The notes beneath the pieces are model-generated. The model saw nothing but the letters and a program-made list of their open reading frames with translations. It did not search any database and was not told the DNA's origin. A stretch of 61,707 nt of DNA, taken from positions 1 to 61,707 of the forward strand of contig CAMYJH010000029.1 of assembly GCA_947258715.1 (NCBI GenBank). Direction: 5' to 3'. Below, piece after piece: positions 54,135-61,707 of the stretch (position 1 is the stretch's first letter; every line of letters begins with the position of its first letter). Origin of the DNA: an uncultured Gammaproteobacteria bacterium (GTDB lineage: Bacteria > Pseudomonadota > Gammaproteobacteria > HK1). Position numbers and translations under genes: made by a program.

Positions 54135-55622
54135 TCAGCGCGCGATTTCCGCGCCCGCACCCATGGTAACCAGCAGCGTAACCGTGACGATCGACAAAAG
54201 ATTGAGCGCAAATCCCGCTCGCGCCATCCGCGCAATGGTCAAATGTCCGCTGGCAAAGACGATGGCGTTCGGCGGGGTCGCCACCGGCAGCATGAAGGCG
54301 CAGCTTGCCGAGAGCGCGGCCGCCACCAGAAGCGGCCCCGGCGGCACGCCCAGGGCGATGGCGCTTGCCGCCAGCACCGGCAGCAGGGTCGCGGTGACCG
54401 CGGTATTGCTGGTGATTTCTGTAAGAAATACCACCAGCGATGCCACCGCGAGCGCCACCAGCACGAGCGGCGCGCCGGCGAGGGGATCGAGCGCCGAGGC
54501 GATCCACGCGTCTACTCCGTGGCGGGTAATGGCGGCGGCGAGCGTGAGGCCCCCTCCGAACAGAATCAGGATCTCCCACGGCAACTTTCGTGCCGTGGGC
54601 CAGTCCATGGCGAAGTTCAGCGGCTTCGCGCAGACCGGGATGGCGAACAGCGCGAGCGCGGCGGCCATGGCGATGACCGCATCCGATACGCCTTTCAACC
54701 CGGTAACAGCGACGATTTGTGGGCGCAGGATCCAGCCCGTGACGGCAGAAGCGAAGATCAGCATCATGACCCACTCTCCCCGCGACAGCGGTCCAAGCTG
54801 GCAAAGCTGCTCGGCAAACAGCCTTCGGCTGCCCGGCAGGTGGGAAGCCATCTTACGGCAGGCGACGCGAGTGAGATAAAGCCAGGCAAGTGGAAGCATG
54901 ATCGCGGTGAAAGGCAGGCCGATGGCGAGCCAGCGCAGCATGTCCACTTCGATGCCGTAATGCTCGCGCAGGAAAGCGGCGAGGATGAGATTCGGCGGCG
55001 TTCCAATGAGCGTGGCCACCCCGCCGATGGAAGCCGAGTAAGCGATAGCAAGCATCAGTGCCGTGGCCAGATGGGCCAGGGGTCCATCATCAGCTGGCTT
55101 GGGACCACGTCCGTTGGCCACCGTTGCGATCAGGCTGGATGCGATGGGGAGCAGCATGATGGCGGTGGCGGTGTTCGAGATCCACATGCTGAGCAGTGCG
55201 GTCACCAGCATGAATCCGGCGATGAGTCGACGCGTGTCGTTGCCTGCGGCCTTCAGCACCAGCAGCGCGGTGCGCCGGTGGAGTCCCCAGCGCTGCATGC
55301 CGAGACCGAGTATGAACCCCCCCATGAATAAAAAGATGAGACTGTTGGCATAGGGCGCGGCGGTTTCCTCGATGCTCGCCACGCCGAGCAGCGGGAACGC
55401 AACCAGCGGAAGCAACGCCGTGGCGGCGAGCGGCACCGCTTCGGTGAGCCACCAGCAGGCCATCCACGCGGCAACTGCGGTCGTCGCCCGCCCAGGTTGG
55501 GTCAGCGCTGAATCATCCCCACCGAGCAAAGCGTAGATCAGCGCCGCCAGGACCGGACCGGCCGCCAGCGCCAGCCAGCGAAACGCGGGTTTGTCTTCTA
55601 TAGCGTTCGTCGAGTCTGTCAT
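54135..55622 (-). CDS. DASS-family (SLC13-like) divalent anion:Na+ symporter
   Basis: About 495 aa, 12+ TM segments, duplicated SNTA-like motifs (LLSMWISNTATAIMLLP ... FLTEITSNTAVTATLLP). Start uncertain (ATG 55622 preferred; ORF extends to 55733). Confidence 0.7.
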   Translation of the reverse strand: MTDSTNAIEDKPAFRWLALAAGPVLAALIYALLGGDDSALTQPGRATTAVAAWMACWWLTEAVPLAATALLPLVAFPLLGVASIEETAAPYANSLIFLFMGGFILGLGMQRWGLHRRTALLVLKAAGNDTRRLIAGFMLVTALLSMWISNTATAIMLLPIASSLIATVANGRGPKPADDGPLAHLATALMLAIAYSASIGGVATLIGTPPNLILAAFLREHYGIEVDMLRWLAIGLPFTAIMLPLAWLYLTRVACRKMASHLPGSRRLFAEQLCQLGPLSRGEWVMMLIFASAVTGWILRPQIVAVTGLKGVSDAVIAMAAALALFAIPVCAKPLNFAMDWPTARKLPWEILILFGGGLTLAAAITRHGVDAWIASALDPLAGAPLVLVALAVASLVVFLTEITSNTAVTATLLPVLAASAIALGVPPGPLLVAAALSASCAFMLPVATPPNAIVFASGHLTIARMARAGFALNLLSIVTVTLLVTMGAGAEIAR

Positions 55623-55873
55623 TCGCGGCTGCAAACAAAGCACGATCGGATCACGATGCTGTCCTCGGAGTCTGTCAAAATACTCGGCGCGAGGCCCTTC
55701 TGTGCGCCAAGCGATGGAGGCTCGCTGCGTCATGAGGTGACGACGTCATGAGCGGAATAGCTTATTACATTCCATCGCCTCCACGAGCTGACGAAGTACG
55801 CGATGGCGGACAGGTTTTTTGAAACACAACCTTGAAGCAGATTGGAAAAGACCAAGGAACCGGATACTACAGA

Positions 55874-56977
55874 ATGAAGATTACGACCATCGAGACCTTC
55901 AGCAACGAGTTCGTGGGCTTTTTGCGCGTGACCACCGATGAAGGTGCTCAAGGGTGGGGACAGGTTTCCACCTACAACGCGGACATCACCTCGCTCATCG
56001 TTCATCGTCAGATCGCGCCCTGGGCGCTGGGCGCCGACGCGATGGACATCGAACACCTGGTCGACATCATTCCCGAGCGCGAGCACAAGTATCCGGGCTC
56101 GTATCTGTATCGAGCGCTGGCGGGACTGGATACGGCGTTGTGGGACTTGCGGGGCAAGCTCGAAGACAAGAGCGTATGTGAGCTGATCGGAGGCACGCCG
56201 GGTCCGATTCGCGTCTACGCCTCGTCCATGAGGCGCGACATCAAGCCTGAAGACGAAGGCGAGCGCTTTATCAGACTGCGTGAGCGCTATGGCTACGACG
56301 CCTTCAAGTTCAGGGTCGGCGCCGAATGTGGCCACGACGTGGACGAGTGGCCCGGGCGCACGGAGGCGATCGTGCCGGCGGTGCGCAAGGCATTGGGCGA
56401 CGAGATTGCGCTGCTGGTGGATGCCAACAGCGGCTTTTCGCCGCCGCGGGCGATCGAAGTGGGAAAGATGCTTCAGGACCACGGCGTGGAGCATTTCGAG
56501 GAGCCTTGTCCCTACTGGGAGCTGGAGCAGACCCGGGCGGTGACGGAAGCGCTGGATATGGACGTCACCGGCGGCGAGCAGGACTGCGAGATCCCCACAT
56601 GGCGGCGCATCATCGAGTTGAGAGCGGTGGATGTGATCCAGCCGGACGTTTGCTATCTGGGCGGGCTGACGCGCGCGCTGCGGGTGGCAAAAATGGGCGC
56701 GGAAGCGGGACTTCCGTGCACCCCGCACAGTGCCAACCTTTCCATGGTGACGCTGTTCACGATGCATCTTCTGGGAGCGATCGAAAACCCGGGCAAGTAC
56801 CTCGAGTTTTCCATCGAAGGACCGGACTACTATCCCTGGCAGCAGGACCTGTTTCGCGACTCGCCCTATGAAATCGTTGACGGCAAGGCGCGTATTCCCG
56901 ATGCGCCCGGCTGGGGCGTGGAGATCAACCCGGCGTGGCTGGAAAAAGCCGGCTATCGGATCAGCAGGTTCGCGTAG
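55874..56977 (+). CDS. enolase-superfamily enzyme (mandelate racemase / muconate lactonizing enzyme-like; acid-sugar dehydratase type)
   Basis: MKITTIETF...[15 protein letters not shown]... N-terminal capping domain. Metal ligands in the LVDANSGF ... EEP ... GGEQDCE pattern. 381-aa ORF trimmed to the ATG at 55874. Confidence 0.75.
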   Translation: MKITTIETFSNEFVGFLRVTTDEGAQGWGQVSTYNADITSLIVHRQIAPWALGADAMDIEHLVDIIPEREHKYPGSYLYRALAGLDTALWDLRGKLEDKSVCELIGGTPGPIRVYASSMRRDIKPEDEGERFIRLRERYGYDAFKFRVGAECGHDVDEWPGRTEAIVPAVRKALGDEIALLVDANSGFSPPRAIEVGKMLQDHGVEHFEEPCPYWELEQTRAVTEALDMDVTGGEQDCEIPTWRRIIELRAVDVIQPDVCYLGGLTRALRVAKMGAEAGLPCTPHSANLSMVTLFTMHLLGAIENPGKYLEFSIEGPDYYPWQQDLFRDSPYEIVDGKARIPDAPGWGVEINPAWLEKAGYRISRFA

Positions 56978-57064
56978 CTGGAAAAAACCCGCTGGCGATG
57001 GTGCGCCCGTCGATTTTTCCCGAGCTCAGTGCGGCGACCCGATTAAAAACAGCAGCCAACGAGC

Positions 57065-58264
57065 TTATGGCTTGTTCAGACCGGCAACGAAGGCAGCGAT
57101 TCGGCGGCAGCCTTCTTCGAGCTGCGCTTCCTCGGCGCTGAACGACAGCCGCACCAAGCCGTCGGCGGCGCCGAAGGGCGCCGCGTCCAAAACCGAGACG
57201 CCGCTGGCGCGGTAGAGTCTGCGGGCGAACTCGGCGCTGGTAAGTCCAGTGCCTCGGACGTCGAGCAACAGAAACATGCCGGCCTGCGGCTTAAAACAGC
57301 GGATTCCTTTCACCTCGGCAAGGGCGTCAAGCACCGCGTCGCGCCGGCGGCGGTAGTGATCGCGCATGCGCGACGAATCCGCATCGGATCCGGTCAGCGC
57401 CTCCTCGGCCCCCGCCTGGGCGAACCCGGGAAGACCGTAGAGCATGCACAGGGCGAGATTCGCCAAGTGTGGCACCAGCACCGGCGGAGCAATCGCCCAA
57501 CCCGTCCGCCAGCCGGGCATGGCGTGGGACTTGGAAAGACTGGAGACGGTGACGGTGCGCTCCGCCATTTGCGGCAGCGCGGCGATGGAAAGGTGCGCGC
57601 CGTCGAAGACCAGATCGGCGTAGACCTCGTCGCTCACCAGCCACAGATCGTAGCGCCGGGCGAGATCGGCAACAGCCTCGAGCTCCCGGCGGTTCATGAC
57701 CACCCCGGTGGGATTGTTGGGGTTGGCAAAAAACAGAGCCCGCGTGCGCGGCGTTACCGCCGCCTCTAGGCGCTCGAGATCCGGGCGGAAACCCTGGGCC
57801 GCGTCGCAGGGAACCGGCACCAGCCTCGCGCCGGCGGCGCCGATGGTGGCCTCGTAGGTGACGTACATGGGTACCGGCACGACGACCTCGTCGCCCGGTG
57901 CGGTGAGACAAAGGGCGCAGGCGAAGAGACCGTTTTGCGCCCCGGCGAGAATCACCACCCGATCGGGCTCCACATTGAGTCCGGTGCGCGCGGCGTGACG
58001 ACGGGCGATGGCGGTGCGCAGCGACGGGCGCCCGACGATGGGCGTGTAGTGGGTATCGCCGCTTCGAAGCGCGCCGACTGCCGCGTCGACGATGGCGGGC
58101 GGGGTGTCGAAATCCGGATCGCCGACGCTCATCACAACGACGTCTTCACCGCGGCGCTTGGCCGTCATGGCTTCCTGGTGCAGCGCCCACGCCGCCGCGC
58201 CGCGTCCGGCGATGCGTTCGACGAGCGGCGAAAGCGTGCGGCTGCCGCCCGCGGCGTCGTTCAC
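57065..58264 (-). CDS. PLP-dependent aminotransferase, class I/II (AspC-like)
   Basis: ...YTPIVGRPSLRTAIA..., NPNNPTGVVM, SLSKSHAMPGWRTGW (PLP-Lys in the SKxxxxxGxR motif). Confidence 0.8.
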   Translation of the reverse strand: MNDAAGGSRTLSPLVERIAGRGAAAWALHQEAMTAKRRGEDVVVMSVGDPDFDTPPAIVDAAVGALRSGDTHYTPIVGRPSLRTAIARRHAARTGLNVEPDRVVILAGAQNGLFACALCLTAPGDEVVVPVPMYVTYEATIGAAGARLVPVPCDAAQGFRPDLERLEAAVTPRTRALFFANPNNPTGVVMNRRELEAVADLARRYDLWLVSDEVYADLVFDGAHLSIAALPQMAERTVTVSSLSKSHAMPGWRTGWAIAPPVLVPHLANLALCMLYGLPGFAQAGAEEALTGSDADSSRMRDHYRRRRDAVLDALAEVKGIRCFKPQAGMFLLLDVRGTGLTSAEFARRLYRASGVSVLDAAPFGAADGLVRLSFSAEEAQLEEGCRRIAAFVAGLNKP

Positions 58265-58666
58265 CGCGGGCGGGCTCGAATGAAAAGTGAGAAATCAGTG
58301 ATGTTCAAAGCTTGCGCCTCCGGCAGTTTAGAGCGATCGCCATTTCTCATGCGCGGTTCGGCGCTAGTTTATTCGATCTGAACAGTTTCCACTTTGAACC
58401 CGAGCATGGCCGTCTGGCAAACGCCTCGATTCGGTAAACTACAACAGGCGGGACCAGGCGGCCGGCTCCATCGGGCGCATACCAACGGGTAGACACCCGG
58501 GTAACGCTATGCGTTATCTATTCATATATAAAGACCAGGGGGCAGGCGATTTGCGCCGGCGATGTCGTGCTGAAACCCGAATCTAGGGCGCAGCTTCGGG
58601 ATTGAATTCTGGCGCCGAAAGCGGAACATTCATTGCCCGCATCGACAACCAACCGAGGGGGAAGAA

Positions 58667-59368
58667 ATGGCGCGGTTTGACGAAGTAGAAGTGAACGGAA
58701 GCCCGATGCGTATCTTTCTGGCGTCACCGGAGGGCGGTGGACCGCACCCGGCGGTCGTCGTCATGTGCCACATTGGCGGCCTGGATGAATTCACCGCGGA
58801 TCGGGTAGACCGGCTGGCGGCCGCCGGCTATGTCGCCGCCGCGCCCGACGTGTTCCACTACCACGAGTGGATTGAGGACAATGCGGCGCGGCGCGCCAGC
58901 CTGCGCGATCGTTCGATTATTGACGACATCGAGTCCTGCATCGCTCACATCGAAAAGGTCGAGCAGGTAGACGAAAAGCGGATCGGCATTCTCGGACACT
59001 GCATGGGCGGGCGTACGGCGATGCTCGGGGCCGGCAACATCTCGCGCATCGGTCCGCTGATGATTTACTACGGCGGGCGAACCATGCTCTCCTGGGGCGG
59101 CGACGGTCCCACGCCCTTCGAGCGTATTGCCAACATCAAGGGTCCCGTGGTCGGTTTCTTCGGTCTCGACGACACCGAGCCTTCCCCCGAAGACGTGGAC
59201 AAGATCGAGGCGGAGTTCAAGCGCCACCGGGTCGCCTGCGAGTTCCATCGATACCAAGGTGCCGGGCACGCGTTTCAGAATTTCATGAGCCCCGAGCGCT
59301 ACCGCGAAGCAGCGGCCAACGATTCCTGGGAGAAGACGCTGCAATTTCTTGGCAAAGCGTTTGGCTGA
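58667..59368 (+). CDS. dienelactone hydrolase-family alpha/beta hydrolase
   Basis: RBS GAGGGGGAAG before ATG 58667. Nucleophile elbow GHCMGG and C-terminal GAGHAF His motif. Confidence 0.75.
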   Translation: MARFDEVEVNGSPMRIFLASPEGGGPHPAVVVMCHIGGLDEFTADRVDRLAAAGYVAAAPDVFHYHEWIEDNAARRASLRDRSIIDDIESCIAHIEKVEQVDEKRIGILGHCMGGRTAMLGAGNISRIGPLMIYYGGRTMLSWGGDGPTPFERIANIKGPVVGFFGLDDTEPSPEDVDKIEAEFKRHRVACEFHRYQGAGHAFQNFMSPERYREAAANDSWEKTLQFLGKAFG

Positions 59369-59586
59369 CGCGCACGCGAAGAGCTAAGGAAGTGCCGACC
59401 GTGTGAAATCCCGCTGCTCACTCCTGGCACTTGGATCGTCGGTGGTTTTTTGGCGTGAGTGAGTGTGTGCCCGGTGATTCGGGAAGAACGTTTGCTGCTG
59501 GCGTGAAACCGAGTTTCCCGGGCGTTTACAACCTGTGCATGTATTCCAAGGAATGGTATGGCATCTGCGTTGCTTGCGGGGATGTC

Positions 59587-59600
59587 TCGATACGTATCGA
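59587..59600. promoter_or_regulatory. perfect 14-bp palindrome TCGATACGTATCGA about 235 bp upstream of the Na/Pi cotransporter gene
   Basis: Exact dyad symmetry in a 465-bp non-coding region; possible regulator operator. Confidence 0.2.
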
Positions 59601-59835
59601 TCAGCTGACCTCAGTGTTGCACTCATTCAGTAAAGGGAGACTGAAATTGCGACATTCACCACGCGAGAAGTTATCGCAGTCTTTCTCAGTACCGGCACCG
59701 CATCCGCCCGGAAGGAATCAATGTGTTTGTGTCCGACTGGTCCAGGCGATCACTGATTCGCATCGTTGTCCCTAGGTCTCCAGTGTGGTCACGAAATAGG
59801 TCGAGACCAATCCTTACAGTAAAAGGAACAGGCAA

Positions 59836-61686
59836 ATGAGAAACTCACGCGGGTCTGGTATGACTTCGATGGTATCCGCTGCCGTGAAATCGGGCTTCGC
59901 GTTGCACTTGGAGCACCGGCGGGTCCGACTGCTGCTCGCCTTCGCCGCCGGCCTTATCGCGTGGCTCGCACTCGGTCCCGTGTTGGCTGCAGAGGGGTTG
60001 GAAAGTGAAGGTTTGAATCGGTTCGACATGGGCATGGGGCTGTTCGGCGGCCTCGCTCTGTTTCTGTTCGGCATGGAGCAGATGGGTGACGGCCTCAAGG
60101 CGGCGGCGGGCGAGCGGATGAAAGACATACTCGCAAAACTAACGAGGACTCGTGTCTCCGCCGCTGTCACCGGCGCTTTCGTTACCGCGGTCATCCAATC
60201 CTCCTCGGTGACCACCGTGCTCGTGGTCGGCTTTGTTTCCGCCGGACTCATGACCCTGACCCAATCCATCGGCATCATCATGGGCGCAAACGTGGGCACC
60301 ACGGTTACAGCGCAGATCGTCGCATTCAAAGTCGAGAAGCTCGCTCTGCTCATGATCGCGGCCGGGTTCGGGATGCTCATGATCTCGAAACAAGATCGGG
60401 TCAGGCACTATGGCGCCATTCTGATGGGGCTAGGCCTCGTATTCTTCGGTATGGGCATCATGAGCGACAGCATGCGCCCGTTACGTTCCCACCAGCCGTT
60501 TCTCGAACTCATGGCGTCCATGGACAGACCGCTTCTGGCGATTCTGGTGGGCGCTGGCTTTACTGCTCTAGTGCAATCCTCCTCGGCGACCACTGGCATC
60601 GTCATCGTGATGGCGAGTCAGGGCTTCGTGTCCCTCGAGGCGGGGATTTCGCTCGCTTTCGGCGCGAATGTGGGAACCTGCGTCACGGCATTGCTGGCGG
60701 GTCTGGGCAAGCCGCGTGAGGCGGTGAGGGCTGCCGTAGTGCACGTGCTCTTCAACGTGTTGGGTGTTCTGCTCTGGCTCGGCTTTATCGATCAGTTAGC
60801 CGCGCTCACTACCTCGATATCGCCCATGTACCCGGAGCTCTCCGGGACAGAACGGCTGGCGGCCGAGACGCCGCGGCAGATTGCCAATGCCAACACGCTG
60901 TTCAACGTCGTCAATACCGTGGTATTCCTGGGATTCGCCGGCCTTTTCGCGCGGTTTGCCACCGCGCTGGTACCCGAGCGGCCGGTGGACGAACGATTCC
61001 TCGTGCGGCCTAAGTTCCTCGACGCGGAGCTCGTCGACACCCCGGCGCTTGCCCTCGAGCGCGTGCGGCTTGAGATCGGCCATCTAGGTGAAATCGTGCG
61101 TGGTATGTTCGATCGGTTACCGGATGCGTTCCTTGGCGGCCGGGTCGAGCCGTTCGAGGAAATCGCCAAGCTGGATGACCGGGTGGATCTGCTGGAGACA
61201 GAGATCATTGGATACCTTGGGCAAGTCCGGAAGCGCACTCTGGGGGATACGGAGAGCGAGGACTTCGTGACCCTCATGCATGCTACGGATAACTTGGAGA
61301 GCATCGGGGACGTGATCGAAACCGACATCGTCGGCCTCGGAAAAAAGACTCTCACCGAAGGCGTGGAGGCAAGCGATACCATGAGGCAACTGCTTCAAGA
61401 GCTGTATGCCGTCGTGGTCAAGGCGGTCGACCTTTCCGTGCAGGCGGTGCGGGATGACGATCAGCGCGCAGCCCAAGAGGTCATCACCTTGAAGGGGGAG
61501 GTGGACCGGAGCGTCAACGCGGCGCTTGCCCACCAGGCCAAGATGCTCGGGCAAGGCGATGCCAAGCGATTGGCGATTTTCCGCATCGAAATGGAGCTGG
61601 TGGAGAAGTTCAAGCACATCCACACGCTCGCCAAGCGCATCGCTCGCGGTGTGTTGCCAAAGGAACTCGCGGCTCGCGCGGAATGA
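59836..61686 (+). CDS. Na+/phosphate cotransporter family protein (NptA/YjbB-like) with C-terminal PhoU-like domains
   Basis: Duplicated QSSS(V/A)TT motifs (AVIQSSSVTTVLVVGFVSAG ... ALVQSSSATTGIVIVMASQG) typical of Na/Pi-cotransporter II-related proteins. Helical Glu/Asp-rich C-terminal ~230 aa. RBS AAAGGAACAGG. Confidence 0.8.
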   Translation: MRNSRGSGMTSMVSAAVKSGFALHLEHRRVRLLLAFAAGLIAWLALGPVLAAEGLESEGLNRFDMGMGLFGGLALFLFGMEQMGDGLKAAAGERMKDILAKLTRTRVSAAVTGAFVTAVIQSSSVTTVLVVGFVSAGLMTLTQSIGIIMGANVGTTVTAQIVAFKVEKLALLMIAAGFGMLMISKQDRVRHYGAILMGLGLVFFGMGIMSDSMRPLRSHQPFLELMASMDRPLLAILVGAGFTALVQSSSATTGIVIVMASQGFVSLEAGISLAFGANVGTCVTALLAGLGKPREAVRAAVVHVLFNVLGVLLWLGFIDQLAALTTSISPMYPELSGTERLAAETPRQIANANTLFNVVNTVVFLGFAGLFARFATALVPERPVDERFLVRPKFLDAELVDTPALALERVRLEIGHLGEIVRGMFDRLPDAFLGGRVEPFEEIAKLDDRVDLLETEIIGYLGQVRKRTLGDTESEDFVTLMHATDNLESIGDVIETDIVGLGKKTLTEGVEASDTMRQLLQELYAVVVKAVDLSVQAVRDDDQRAAQEVITLKGEVDRSVNAALAHQAKMLGQGDAKRLAIFRIEMELVEKFKHIHTLAKRIARGVLPKELAARAE

Positions 61687-61707
61687 GGTGCGTCTAGCAA
61701 GAAATTT

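Noticed and set aside
55700-55760. Near-palindrome TCATGAGGTGACGACGTCATGA around the DASS ORF's upstream in-frame ATG
   Set aside because: Imperfect symmetry and it overlaps a candidate coding start; insufficient to call a regulatory site.
55730-56767. 345-aa minus-strand ORF
   Set aside because: Lies antisense within the enolase-superfamily gene; Arg/Gly/Pro-rich composition typical of spurious frames in GC-rich DNA.
1-61707. CRISPR array or cas genes
   Set aside because: No regularly spaced short direct repeats were seen. The only repeats are two dispersed 140-160-bp families and inverted-repeat hairpins.

Overview
61.7 kb of high-GC (about 62-65%) chromosomal DNA, probably from a gammaproteobacterium-like genome, densely coding on both strands. 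In order: (1) 1-460, four consecutive T-loop-bearing segments, one canonical tRNA 3' end and three non-canonical tRNA-like sequences. (2) 947-3496, an SPFH/band-7 gene and a convergent MFS efflux gene separated by an 85-bp element with perfect 22-bp terminal inverted repeats. (3) 3946-18184, a ferredoxin-centred redox island of two minus-strand operons: gltD-like-Fd, nifJ (PFOR), DHOD/PreA-like; and korA, korB (apparently frameshifted), a 763-aa orphan protein with a C-terminal single-cluster ferredoxin domain; with a divergent nfnAB-like pair between them. (4) 18600-22700, a rearranged accessory patch: degenerate 5' fragment of an MFS gene, xni, an intact MFS paralogue, two small ORFs, framed by two short TIR-bearing repeat families (MITE-like). 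(5) 23116-37648, an eight- to nine-gene translationally coupled MoxR / DUF58 / VWA / TPR-metallopeptidase / DUF4159-like (Bat-like) operon. (6) 37789-61686, ordinary metabolic and transport genes: msrA, ggt, IlvD/EDD dehydratase, cupin, putA, DUF4332-like, MDR dehydrogenase, pcm, acyl-CoA ligase, Glu/Leu/Phe/Val dehydrogenase, DASS symporter, enolase-superfamily enzyme, aminotransferase, dienelactone hydrolase, Na/Pi cotransporter. No CRISPR array, integrase or transposase ORF seen. All functional calls rest on remembered family motifs in the supplied translations; no database search was run.
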